64,000 nucleotides of DNA. It comes from Candidatus Multivoradales bacterium (GTDB lineage: Bacteria > Acidobacteriota > Thermoanaerobaculia > Multivoradales > Multivoraceae). Positions 17,504-27,814 of this stretch are shown piece after piece; position 1 is the first letter of the stretch; each line of letters begins with the position of its first letter. A program made the position numbers and the translations under genes. The stretch covers positions 1,216,001-1,280,000 of the forward strand of contig CBDCWI010000001.1 in NCBI GenBank assembly GCA_965223325.1, given 5' to 3'. The notes beneath the pieces are model-generated. The model was not told the origin of the DNA, ran no database searches, and saw nothing but the letters and a program-made list of their open reading frames with translations.

Positions 17504-19208
17504 CGAGACGCTCCTTGAGCGCCATCACCTCTGCGTCGTCAGGGCGCAGCATCATCAGGCGTTCGACGAGCGGCCTCGCCTCTTCCTTCTTGCCACGCGA
17601 CATCAAGAGGATCGAGTAGTCCGAAAGTGCCGGGGGGTGTTCCGGAGCAACAGCGAGAGTGCGCTCGAAACTCTCTTCGGCCTCGTCAAGCCGATCGAGC
17701 GCCATGAGAACGGCACCTCGCTGGTAGCGAGCGTCGGGTAGATCGGGGCGCACCGTCAAGAGTTGTTCAATCGCTCCTAACGCCTCCTCGCTACGCCCAC
17801 CCTGAAGCAAGAGCCGCGAGGCCAAAAGGACCGGACGTGGGTCTTCGGGTGCGATTGCCGCTTCCTCGGCGAGCAGCGCCAGGCCCTGGTCGAGCCTGTC
17901 GGCGAGGGCGAGCTCGCTCGCCTCTCGCAGGCTGCGCAGGGTCGGATCAGCGACTTCGGCTTCCAACTGGTTCACCGCACTGACGTCGTCCTCGTTGGCA
18001 CGGTTGAGTTCGGTGAACTTCTCGAGCGCGGCTTTCGCCTCGGCGCGCTGGCCGATGGCGGCGAGGGCCTGGCCAAAGGTCTGCCAAACCTGTTTGCGCT
18101 CGGGATCGAGCTCTGAGGCAAGGCGAAGAAAAGGCACCGCATCGGCGGGACGCCCGGCCGACTGCAGAAGGCGGCCGTACTCGAAGAGCACTTCGGTCGC
18201 CAGACGGGAAGGGTTCTCCGGCGGCGGGGCGGCGAGCAGGGGCTCGGCGTAGGGCTGGAGCTGGGCGATGGACTCCTCAACCCTCCCGGCTTGAAAGTAG
18301 GCATCGGCGAGCTGCACCGAAAGCCCCGGATCGGCTCCGGCACCCTCCGATTGAACAACCGATTCGAGTGCTTCAATGGCCTTCTCCGCTTCACCGACCG
18401 CCAGGTAGGCGCGCGCCAGGACGCGCGCCAGGTCGACCGCCAACGCCTCGGGTGGGTTCTCGGCAACCGGCTCGAGAAACCCGAGCGCCGCGAAGGGATC
18501 GCCTTCGATCATGGCGACCTGGCCACGGAGTAGGCGGATACCCGGGTCGTCTTCGGGCAGCTCGGCAAGCAGGAACTTCGCATCCGGAACCCGTTCGAGC
18601 CGCACCGCGCCGAGTGCTGCCACCCGGCGCGCCTCGTCGTCTTGCGGGTTGGCGAGCACCCACGGTCGCAGATAGATATAGGCCTCCTCGACCTGGCCGG
18701 CCATGCTGAGAAGCAGACCGAACTCGCGCAGCGCCGGCGACGTCGGCTCGAGATCCAGAGAGCGCTCGAGAAGCTGCGCAGCGAGTTCACCGCGCCCGTT
18801 GCGCATCGCTGCGCGGCCGGCGTTGTAGAGCACCGCCGCGTTGTTGGGCTGGCGCTGTGCGACTGGCGCCAGGACTTCGAGTGCCTCGTCGTTGCGATCG
18901 GCCTGCAGGTAGAGGCCGCCCAATGTCGCCAGGACCACGTCGTCTGCTTCGTCACGGTCGCGCAACGACTCGAGCGATGAAATCGCCGCATCGATATCGC
19001 CCGTCTCGATACTGGCGATGGCAGAAGACCACTCCGGGGGCGGCTCAACCGAGGCCGCCTCGGAAGCCTGCTGCTGGCCGGTGGCGGGCATCGCAACAGC
19101 CACCACCAGCGAGAACAGCGTCAGAAGCAAGAGCGGGGCGCGTTGTGCGCCGAGCTGGGAACCGGTTGCCGCAACGCATGGACGGAACGTCATGAGCTTG
19201 GATTTCAT
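17493..19208 (-). CDS. Secreted TPR-repeat protein
   Basis: Hydrophobic signal (LLLLTLFSLVVAVAMPATG) and multiple TPRs. Start placed at ATG 19208 (alternative 19193); the longer ORF to 19457 is low-complexity. Confidence 0.85.
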   Translation of the reverse strand: MKSKLMTFRPCVAATGSQLGAQRAPLLLLTLFSLVVAVAMPATGQQQASEAASVEPPPEWSSAIASIETGDIDAAISSLESLRDRDEADDVVLATLGGLYLQADRNDEALEVLAPVAQRQPNNAAVLYNAGRAAMRNGRGELAAQLLERSLDLEPTSPALREFGLLLSMAGQVEEAYIYLRPWVLANPQDDEARRVAALGAVRLERVPDAKFLLAELPEDDPGIRLLRGQVAMIEGDPFAALGFLEPVAENPPEALAVDLARVLARAYLAVGEAEKAIEALESVVQSEGAGADPGLSVQLADAYFQAGRVEESIAQLQPYAEPLLAAPPPENPSRLATEVLFEYGRLLQSAGRPADAVPFLRLASELDPERKQVWQTFGQALAAIGQRAEAKAALEKFTELNRANEDDVSAVNQLEAEVADPTLRSLREASELALADRLDQGLALLAEEAAIAPEDPRPVLLASRLLLQGGRSEEALGAIEQLLTVRPDLPDARYQRGAVLMALDRLDEAEESFERTLAVAPEHPPALSDYSILLMSRGKKEEARPLVERLMMLRPDDAEVMALKERLDGS

Positions 19209-19466
19209 CGCGGGTCTCTCTGGAGCATGTAGGCCGCCGGAGGTACTAGTTGCGGAACCTTCCGAGACCGGGCCTTCCGAGACTGGGCCTTCCGAGATCA
19301 GAGGGCCGGAGGGCCCCTGGGTCGCTTCAACGTCGGTGGTGGCGCGGCTCTTCCGTCGCCAGTTGACGGGTCTAGGAAGGGTGGGCCCGGAGCTGGTTTC
19401 GAGTGTGAATGAGGATATCAAAGGGAGCCTGCGGGAAGGCTCCTCGAGACTCTGCACCCTGGCGGT

Positions 19467-21902
19467 TCAAGGCCGGATTCGGGGTGCGATCCAGCTCATT
19501 TCCGGTGCCCCAACTGCTTCGATTCCGGCACCTTCGCGCAAGCGCCAGTGCATGGCCGTCTCGCCGGCCGGCGGCCAGTCGAAGACCTCTTCGTCGCCCG
19601 AGGCCGGCCAGCGAACGCGCACCCGCCGAAGACGCTCGCCGCGTGCGTGCACTTCACGCAGGCCCACTTCGAGACGCAGGCTCGAGGAGCCGAACGATCC
19701 ACCAGAACCGACCTGTCGATGAATGCGGCTTTCCCCCGGTTCGCCGTTCTGGCCGACGAAGTCGAACGTCACGCGCGCCCCGACGGCGAAGCGGTTCGCC
19801 CCCGCAGCTTCGAGGAGCAGGACGACGGCTTCGCCGGCCTGCGGTGCGAGGGGGTTCACAAAGAGAGCATTGGGATAGGAATCGTAGGGATAGGCCCCGC
19901 CCAGCTGATGGAAGATGTCCTCGTCACCGTCGTTGTCGACGTCACCCCAGGCGATTCCGTGACCCTTCTGGAGGTGACCGAGGCCCACGGCCGCGGTCAC
20001 GTCCTCGAACCGTAGAGTTTCTTGCGTGCTGGCGTTGCGGTAGAGGACGTCGGGCATCAAGGCGGTGAAGTTCGGAACCCCGGTGCCGAGGTAGAGGTCG
20101 AGGCGACCGTCGGCATCGACATCGCCAAAGTTCGCACCCATCACCAGACGCGGTGCAGAAAGCCCTGCCGCTCTCGTGTCGTCGCGAAAGCGGAGTCGTC
20201 CGTCTGGGTGAACCCCGAGGTTGCGGTAGAGGCGCGGCGAAGCATCGCCTGCGGTCGCTGGTGAGTCGGACCCGAACGCCGCAGCGAAGACGGTGGCCAC
20301 CTCAGTACCGTAGCCGTTGACGAGAAGATCGAGGTCGCCGTCATTGTCGGCGTCAAAGAACCAGGTCGCGAAGGTCCGCCCGTCGCCGTCGACTCCGAGC
20401 GGACCGGCGATGTCTTCGAACGTCCCGTCGCCGAGGTTGCGGTAGAGCCGGTTGACGCCGAAGTTCGAGATGTAGAGATCGGGCCACCCGTCGTTGTCGA
20501 CGTCACCCCAGGTCACTCCCTTGGCAAACCGGCGATTGAGGGCCCCGGCGGTGCGCGCCGCGTCGACGAAGCGCGGCAGGCCCCCGTCGGGGCTCAGTTC
20601 GTTGCGAAACAGCTGAGACGGGTAGGCGGCGGCTGAACCCGGTTGGTCGAAGGCAATCGCTTGCGGATCGAGCGCAGACTCTGGGGATTCGTTGCCGATA
20701 TAGAGGTCGAGGTCGCCGTCGCGGTCGTAGTCTGCCCAGGCAGCAGTCTGGGTTGGATAGGACGGCGACGCGAGGCCAACCGCATAGGTCACGTCGACGA
20801 AATAGGTTCTGCCGCCAGGATCGACCCGGTTGTGGAGGAGCGAATTGCGCTGCCGCCCTGTTTCGCCCAGCCAGGCTCCACGCAGCACGAGAATGTCGAG
20901 CCGCCCGTCGCCGTCGAAGTCGGCGTGAACGAGGTTGAGGCCGCCGCTTTGACCGTCGAGCTGCCAGTCGGCAGTCGCGTCTTCGAAGCCAGCACCCGTG
21001 CTGCGTAGGGCGCGCAGCGGCTCACACGGGTGCCAACTGGAAGAAATTAAATCGAGGCGGCCGTCGCCGTCGAAGTCATCGACGATTGCCCCGCCCGACA
21101 GGTCCGCCGAGTTCAGCCAGGAGTGATGGTCGCCTGAAAGCCTCCCGGGAGCCAGCATGTCGACGAACGGGCGCAGGGTGGTAGCAGCCGGCGAATCGAT
21201 TCTCGGAGCCGGCAGCCGGTCACGCTCCTCAACACCGTCGGGCCAATCACCCGTCAGCATGCGCGCGATGTTGAGCAGCCAACGCGCCTCCGCCTCGTAG
21301 GTCGCGTCACCATTGCTGCGCGCCAGGCGCAGCAAACGATCGAACGACTGCGCCGCCCTGCGGGCCGGGCCCTTTTCCTTATGTATCGAGCTGGAAGTGA
21401 CCGGAAGAATGCAGCTGCCGCCATCGTGCATCGAGAGACAATTCTGGTCTTCCGCGACGAGTAGGTGGGCGACTCCGAGCAGCGTCAGGAGGTTGGCCTC
21501 GAGGTCGAAGGGCACTGTGCCTTGTTGGCTCGGCCCATCCACCGCGTCGACGATTGAAAGCGCCGCGCCAAGGTGTCCGATCGCATCGTCGAGTCGCGCG
21601 AGGCGGATCTCGTGCCAGGCGGCCTGCGCCAACGAGGTCGCGCGCGCTATGGAACCGTCGTCACTCGCCTTGGCCGCCGCGAGCAAGCGATCGATCTGCG
21701 AACCTCCGAACCAGGCATCACTCGCCTCGGTTCGTCGCTCACACAGCCGGTCGAATTCGAGTGTTGCCCGCCGGTTCCACGACAATTCCTGGTCGTCTAG
21801 CTCCAGACCCCCACCCGATACGACTGTTTCCTGCCCCGCCGCCGGCAGAGTGGCCCAGAGCAGGGCGATGAGTCCGACGACGAGACCGCCGCGCGAGCGC
21901 AT
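19467..21902 (-). CDS. Long CRTAC1/ASPIC-UnbV protein with N-terminal helical, Cys-containing domain
   Basis: ATG 21902 overlaps the upstream TGA. EDQNC...SCILP, ARWLLNIARMLTG, FG-GAP repeats, GHLQKGHGIAWGD, GSGGSFGSS. Confidence 0.9.
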   Translation of the reverse strand: MRSRGGLVVGLIALLWATLPAAGQETVVSGGGLELDDQELSWNRRATLEFDRLCERRTEASDAWFGGSQIDRLLAAAKASDDGSIARATSLAQAAWHEIRLARLDDAIGHLGAALSIVDAVDGPSQQGTVPFDLEANLLTLLGVAHLLVAEDQNCLSMHDGGSCILPVTSSSIHKEKGPARRAAQSFDRLLRLARSNGDATYEAEARWLLNIARMLTGDWPDGVEERDRLPAPRIDSPAATTLRPFVDMLAPGRLSGDHHSWLNSADLSGGAIVDDFDGDGRLDLISSSWHPCEPLRALRSTGAGFEDATADWQLDGQSGGLNLVHADFDGDGRLDILVLRGAWLGETGRQRNSLLHNRVDPGGRTYFVDVTYAVGLASPSYPTQTAAWADYDRDGDLDLYIGNESPESALDPQAIAFDQPGSAAAYPSQLFRNELSPDGGLPRFVDAARTAGALNRRFAKGVTWGDVDNDGWPDLYISNFGVNRLYRNLGDGTFEDIAGPLGVDGDGRTFATWFFDADNDGDLDLLVNGYGTEVATVFAAAFGSDSPATAGDASPRLYRNLGVHPDGRLRFRDDTRAAGLSAPRLVMGANFGDVDADGRLDLYLGTGVPNFTALMPDVLYRNASTQETLRFEDVTAAVGLGHLQKGHGIAWGDVDNDGDEDIFHQLGGAYPYDSYPNALFVNPLAPQAGEAVVLLLEAAGANRFAVGARVTFDFVGQNGEPGESRIHRQVGSGGSFGSSSLRLEVGLREVHARGERLRRVRVRWPASGDEEVFDWPPAGETAMHWRLREGAGIEAVGAPEMSWIAPRIRP

Positions 21903-23672
21903 CACGGCGGGGGCGGAGCCTCGGCGGCGCGGACCCACGGCTCCACCACCCTGACAACGCGGTCACGGGGAAGACCTTCGATGCGCTGCCGGGCTCCCCC
22001 TGGCCATCGGATTTCTGCGATCAGGGGCTTCGCCTCGGCGGTCTCTTTGCCCAGGCCCCAATGCAGGGTGGCCTCGCTTTGCGACAGGTACGACGACGCA
22101 CTACGCACCTCGCGAAGCATGGGTCGGTCGGTTGCGCCGGCGAGCAGCACGCGCGCTCCGAGCGCGGCGCGGTTGCTGCGCCTGCCCTCGAGTTGCATGC
22201 GTAGCCACGGGCGAGGCGCTCCGACGTTCTCGTAGACCTCGGCGGTGTCGTTGGAGTTGACCACCAGCACCTCAAGGTCGCCGTCGAGGTCGAGGTCGCC
22301 GATCGCCGAGCCGCGACTGGGGCGCACGACGTCGAGCCCCGTACCGAGCCGGTCGACGTAGCGACCGCCGCCGAGGTTCTCCATCACCAGATTGCGCTGC
22401 GCGTACTCCTTGACCTTCGAGAGCCGTGCGGCGTTGGGCAGGATGTGTCCGTTGGCTACCACCAGATCGAGATCGGTGTCGTTGTCGAAGTCACCTGCGT
22501 TGGTGCCGAAACCGAGCAGGTGTAACGACGCCTCAGCCACTCCGCCACGGAAGCGATCGTCGACGAAAGTGCCTCCGCCAAGGTTGCGGTAGAGCGCGTT
22601 GGTTTCGAGAGCGAAGTTGGTTACGAACAGGTCGAGCCGGCCGTCACCGTCGAGGTCGGCCATTTCGACGCCCATGCCGGCCTCGGCCTGACCGTTACGC
22701 TCGAGGGCCGCGCCCGACAACAGCGACCAGTCTTCGAAGGTCCCATCGCCGCTGTTGAGAAACAGCAGGTTCGGGTCCTTGTCATTGGCGGTGTAGATGT
22801 CGGGCCAGCCGTCGTCGTCCAGGTCGCCGATGACCACGCCAAGAGTCGCCTCTGCGGAACCGGAGAGCCCCGAGGCCTCGGTAGCGTCTTCGAAGACCCC
22901 TTCGCCGGTGTTGCGGTAAAGCGTATCGACCAGACCGTTGTAGACGTCGGGGTGGCAGTAGCCACGCTCACCGGCATCTTTGTCGCCACAGAAGATGTGG
23001 TTCTCGAGCGAATGGTCGGTGTAGTTCCCCACGTAGAGATCAAGATCGCCGTCGAGGTCGAGATCGGCAAACCCGGCAGACGAGCTCCAGCGCTCTTCGG
23101 CAACTCCACGAGCCACCGCCTCTTCTTTGAAGCTCCCGTCGCCCAGGTTTCGGAAGAGGCCGTTCCGGCCGAAGGCGGTGAGGTAGAGATCGGGCCAACC
23201 GTCACCGTCGACATCACCCACCGCCGCTCCACAGCTATAGCCGCTCCACTCGATCCCAGACTGGTCGGTGACATCAATGAAGCGCAACCCGCCGCCTGGC
23301 TGTGGCCCGTCATTGCGCAACAGGCGCGACTTGGGGGGCGGTCCCTCGTACCCGGGTAGCAAGCCGCCGTCGACCCAGAACACATCGAGGTCGCCATCGC
23401 CGTCGTAGTCGAAGAGCGCCACGCCGCCAATCATGGTCTCGATCATGTAGTTGTCACCAGCGCCGGCATGGCGGTGCCGGAAGTTCAGCCCCCAGGAACT
23501 GGCCACGTCGCGGAACTGAATCGTGCTCTCGGACGCGGCGCCAGGCTCCTACGGTGGCAGACGTTTGGGCGGGAGAGGATTCGGCCGAGAGTGCTCCAGC
23601 AATGGCCATCGGGATCAAGACGGCGATGCGGAGCCGAGGTCCCGTTCGGCGCGGTGGTCTGGGCAATGACAT
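21902..23672 (-). pseudogene. CRTAC1/ASPIC-UnbV protein with a frameshift near 23548 separating the signal peptide from the mature domain (real or a sequencing indel)
   Basis: ORF 21902..23506 has FG-GAP repeats and ASSYLSQSE. Its in-frame upstream sequence IQFRDVASSWGLNFRH is bounded by a TAG, while the signal peptide MSLPRPPRR...IAVLIPMAIAGALSA lies in another frame. Removing one G at GTAGGAG joins them. Confidence 0.75.
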
Positions 23673-23905
23673 CGTGCTTTTCATCCCGAATAGAAAGCCG
23701 TTCGTGGCGCCTTTGGTAGGATCCGTCCCCGTTGATATTGGAGTTCGATCCGCCCCGGATGAGGGCGACATCGCCACCTCCCGAGTTTCTGCCGAGCCTT
23801 CCTTTCGTCGAGGTCGGCCTGGTACTGGCGGCCGGTCCCCAGAGCTCTCGCGGAGGCGCGCCAACTGCCTGAAAAGGCCGTCCTTTCGTAACCAAGGAGT
23901 CTGTC

Positions 23906-26350
23906 ATGAACCGTGCCCTCACCGCCTCGGAACGGCCGTTCCTGTGGCTTTGTGCCCCGCTGGGAACCGCCCTTCTCCTGCTCACCGCGGCAAGTGCGAG
24001 CGCGCAGGAACTCTTCAAGATCCTCGGCCCGGCGCCGTTCGATTCAGTCGCCGAACGCAGCATCGCTCCAGGCGAAGTCCTCGAGCCCCAGGCTGAGTGG
24101 TTCATCGAGCCCGACCTCGACCGTTTGCGCCAGTTTCCAGCTGAGATCGCGGTAGAGACGCCCGACGGTGCGCGCCATGTTGCGACGCGCCTCCAGGAGA
24201 TCGATCGCGGCAACGGCAACCTGTTCTGGGGTGGGCGCATCGAAGGTGTTGACCTCGAAGGCGCATCGGTCACTCTCACCCTGCACGAGGGACACCTCGT
24301 CGGGCGGGTGACGACCCCCGAGAACACCTACCGAATCGAGCCGCGTCCCGATGGTCTGCGCTTGATGGAAACGCGGCCGACCGCCGCGGCTTGTCGCCAC
24401 GCTGTGGTTCCTGACTTCGATGACTCTGACGACGGGCCGCGCCTGGCAGCCGCAGCCGGGCATGTCCACCCCCATGACTCTGTTGTGCACGCGGTCGATG
24501 GCGTCACCCATCGTGCGGGCGCAACGCTCGACTTCGTGGCTCTCTACACGACCGGTGCTGTCAGCCGACTCGGCAGTGTCTCTGCTGCCGAAGCGACGAT
24601 CGTCAACTCGGTCGACTTCGCCAACACCGTGTTCTCGAATTCGAGCATCGACGCCATGCTGCGGCTGGTGGGCATGTCGCAGATCGAGGATCTCGCCAAC
24701 TTCGAGAACGGTGCCGGTGCGTTGCTAGGCGAGTTTCGCCAGAACGCCACCGCGATGTCGCGGCGCGCAGCAACGGGTGCCGATCTGGTCCATCTCTATG
24801 CTGGTCGCAACGAACTGGTCGGAGCCTGCGGAATCGCCTACCTGCTATCGCGTGGGGTCGGGCCGGGCTCGATGTCCCCCTACGCCTACGGCATCAGTAG
24901 CGTTTCGCGCTGCAACGTCGACGATGTGGTCATCCACGAGGTCGGGCACAACCTGGGAGCGAACCACGACCCGTCTTCTGCCGGTGTCACGCCCGAGGAG
25001 GCCTACTACCCCGACTCGTTCGGGCACAGTGACTTCAACGCTCGTTTCGACACCATCATGGTCTACGGGTCCCAGGAAACCGCACCCTACTTCTCGTCAC
25101 CGAACGACACCTACAAAGGTGCCCCCACGGGGACGGCGGGAGAACGCGACAACGCGCGTACTCTTCGCGACACCGTGCACGTCGGGGCGCAGTATGGAAA
25201 CCACGTCTCGGGCGGCGGTGGCGGCGGTGGCGGTGGTGGCGGCGTCGACCCCATTCCCACTCCCACCGATCTGACCGCTACGCGTACCTCGTCAACCGAG
25301 ATCGCACTCACGTGGACCGGTATCCCCGACGGCACGACTGTCAGCATCGAGGCACGGAGCCCGGTGACTCTGGAATGGACCACCCTGGCGGAGGTCGACG
25401 GCTCGGCCGGCGCCACGATCACCGGCCTGGTCGCCGACACGCCCTACACATTCCGGGCCGTTGCATCCAAGGACGGTGAAGAGTCGGACTACTCGGAGAC
25501 CGTTTCGGCGACCACGGTGTCGACCACCGCGACCTGCCGAGACGGCGACGCCTACCTCTGTTTGCTCGAGGAGCGCTTCGAAGTGAGCGTGCAATGGCGC
25601 GACCCGCAAAGCGACAACAACGGCGTGGGAACGGCGGCGAGCATCCCGAGCGGCGACAAGACCGGTACCTTCTGGTTCTTCAGCCCGACGAACGTCGAGC
25701 TGGTGGTCAAGACGCTCAACGGAACGTCGCTCAACGACGCCTACTGGGTGTTCTACGGAGCCCTCTCCGACGTCGAGTACTGGATCACGGTGCGCGACAC
25801 CGAGGACGGCATCGAAAAGACCTACTGGAACGCCCCCAAGGAGGTCTGCGGCCGCAATGACACGTCGGCCTTCCCGGTTGCTGACAAGCGTCGCGCCTCC
25901 ATCCAGGACAACGGCACCTTCATCCCCATGGTGGGGGCCGAGCTCAGCCTCGAGCAACTGGCAACCGCGCCGGCCAGTCGCGTCGACAGAGGCACGGCAG
26001 GCTGCACCGCGGGCGACACAGTGCTCTGCTTGCAAGAAGGTCGCATCAAGGTCGAAGTCGAATACGACAACACCGGCCGCAAGGAAGGCGACATCGGCCC
26101 CGGCAGGGTCCTCGACGAGCTCACCACCAAAGACACGGGCTTCTTCTGGTTCTTCCAGGAGGTCAACCTCGAGCTGGCCGTCAAAGTCCTCGACGCGCGC
26201 AACATCAACGGCAACTTCTGGGTCTTCTACGGCGCCCTATCGGACGTTGCGTACGAAATCACCGTAACCGACGCCGAGACCGGCGCCACTGCGGTCTACG
26301 GCAACCTCCAGGGCAACATCTGCGGCAAGATCGACGTGAACGCCCTCTAG
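23906..26350 (+). CDS. Secreted M12/reprolysin-like zinc metalloprotease with Gly linker, FN3 and two Cys-bounded C-terminal repeat domains
   Basis: HEVGHNLGANHD zinc motif, Met-turn DTIMVY, poly-G linker, PTDLTAT..LTW..YTFRAVA (FN3), 2x LCL..R..V..GxFWFF..N.EL.VK..N..WVFYGALSDV.Y..CG. Confidence 0.92.
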   Translation: MNRALTASERPFLWLCAPLGTALLLLTAASASAQELFKILGPAPFDSVAERSIAPGEVLEPQAEWFIEPDLDRLRQFPAEIAVETPDGARHVATRLQEIDRGNGNLFWGGRIEGVDLEGASVTLTLHEGHLVGRVTTPENTYRIEPRPDGLRLMETRPTAAACRHAVVPDFDDSDDGPRLAAAAGHVHPHDSVVHAVDGVTHRAGATLDFVALYTTGAVSRLGSVSAAEATIVNSVDFANTVFSNSSIDAMLRLVGMSQIEDLANFENGAGALLGEFRQNATAMSRRAATGADLVHLYAGRNELVGACGIAYLLSRGVGPGSMSPYAYGISSVSRCNVDDVVIHEVGHNLGANHDPSSAGVTPEEAYYPDSFGHSDFNARFDTIMVYGSQETAPYFSSPNDTYKGAPTGTAGERDNARTLRDTVHVGAQYGNHVSGGGGGGGGGGGVDPIPTPTDLTATRTSSTEIALTWTGIPDGTTVSIEARSPVTLEWTTLAEVDGSAGATITGLVADTPYTFRAVASKDGEESDYSETVSATTVSTTATCRDGDAYLCLLEERFEVSVQWRDPQSDNNGVGTAASIPSGDKTGTFWFFSPTNVELVVKTLNGTSLNDAYWVFYGALSDVEYWITVRDTEDGIEKTYWNAPKEVCGRNDTSAFPVADKRRASIQDNGTFIPMVGAELSLEQLATAPASRVDRGTAGCTAGDTVLCLQEGRIKVEVEYDNTGRKEGDIGPGRVLDELTTKDTGFFWFFQEVNLELAVKVLDARNINGNFWVFYGALSDVAYEITVTDAETGATAVYGNLQGNICGKIDVNAL

Positions 26351-26362
26351 CGCACCACCCAC

Positions 26363-26442
26363 GCACACAGTCGGGGGTACTTTCCCAAGCCACCGCAGCG
26401 CCGCGCGCCCGCCACACACAGTCGGGGGGACTTTCCCAAGCC
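26363..26442 (+). repeat. Left REP-like doublet of the transposase
   Basis: CACACAGTCGGGGG(T/G)ACTTTCCCAAGCC occurs twice, about 51 bp apart. Confidence 0.85.
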
Positions 26443-26633
26443 GTGGCGGCGGTGCGCGTGCTGCCGCGCCCCTCGGCACCTCCTGGGCCCGCATCCCACC
26501 CCTTTTCCGCCCTCCGAACCCCTCCGCCAGCGGCCCGCCACCGCCTTTCACGCCCGCCAAACGCAGCTCCGCCAGGCCCGCGCCACCGCGGGCCGACTGG
26601 GCGCCCTGTCGCCGGCTCAGCTAGCGCGCTGAA

Positions 26634-27593
26634 TCAAGGGCCGGCCCTCAGTGCCTGGACCGTCTCGAAGGGTCGCGGGCTCGGAAACGTCCCCTCAGGG
26701 AACTTCACGTCGAGTTCTCCCTCACGCTGACGGTCCCGCGCCAGCCGGTGCGCCCTCCACACCCAGTCAAAAGCTGCCAGCAGTCGCTGCTGCTCGTCCT
26801 CATTGCTGGCAATCACCAGCGGACAAGGGCCCAGAGCCATTTTCCTGGGAGTCCCGAAAGGGCTCAACCGAAAGAGCTTCCACTGGCCGGCAGGCTTCGT
26901 GCCTTCCCGTTTATGACGCGCTCGCGTCTCGCGTTCGATTCCGCGAATCATCTCGCGCACCCACTCGCAGTAGTCCTCGTCACTCAGGTGGTCAAGGCCC
27001 GGGAGCTTCGAAATCACCACCGTTTCCTTCTTCGTGAAGTCCTTCTTCGTCAGGTGACGCCCCGCCTTCGTACGCTTGGCCCGGCAATAGGCCGTGTGGT
27101 CGACCCACTCGCCCTCGAGCTCGAACTTCCCTTCCCACAAGGCCCGCGCGACGGTCACCCCAGGCCACTTGAGAGGTGAAGACACCAGGCCCGCCGCACA
27201 GCCCTGCGCCAGGACGTAGCGGAAACGCTTCGACGTATCGGCAGGGTCGCGCCCGATAAAGGACGGTTTGTAGGGCGTTTCCCACTTCGGGCCCTTCCAG
27301 CCATGGCGAATGCGGATCTCGACGCTCGTCTGCTGCTGGACGCGGTACATGAAGTCCGCCAGCTGCTGGGCGTCTCGTGCACCGACCAGGAAATGGTGGT
27401 GGTTGACCTGATAGTCGACGGCGTAGATGGGGGTATCGGTCTTGCGCTGTGCGCGGCCGATGATGCCGTTCATGTGTGATCGCTGCTCAGAGTCGGGCTT
27501 GAGCAGGAAGGTTCCGTTCGTAATGCGGGCGGTCAGCATGACTGGTTCCGGCCCGCTGTCGGTCGTTGGTACGTATCTCGGTTTTGCTCCCAT
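26634..27593 (-). mobile_element. REP-associated tyrosine transposase (RAYT/Y1 HUH family)
   Basis: N-terminal T.R....FLLKP, HUH motif VNHHHFLV, W...Y, candidate catalytic Tyr in FRYVLAQG, and GLVSSPLKWPG; flanked by inverted repeat doublets. Confidence 0.82.
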
Positions 27594-27681
27594 ATGACAT
27601 GGGACGCAGAACGCCTGCGCAGCCTTGCAGCGAGGCCAAACCGGGGCGAATTACGAGGTTTCGCGAACCGTGACTGGGGTC

Positions 27682-27773
27682 GGGAAAGTCCCCCCGACGG
27701 TGTGCGGGCGCGCGCCCGCGGGCACTCGCGCGGCCCCCCGCGTTGGGGCGGGAAAGTCCCCCCGACCGTGCGC
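27682..27773 (-). repeat. Right REP-like doublet, inverted relative to the left one
   Basis: GGGAAAGTCCCCCCGAC at 27682 and 27750 is the reverse complement of GTCGGGGGGACTTTCCC. Confidence 0.85.
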
Positions 27774-27814
27774 GACCGTGCGCGAGGTCGCGCTGCGAGC
27801 TTCGGCCCTCGCCG

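Noticed and set aside
19254-19299. 15-bp triple repeat (GGGCCTTCCGAGAC)
   Set aside because: Short local duplication upstream of the probable start; no evidence of function.
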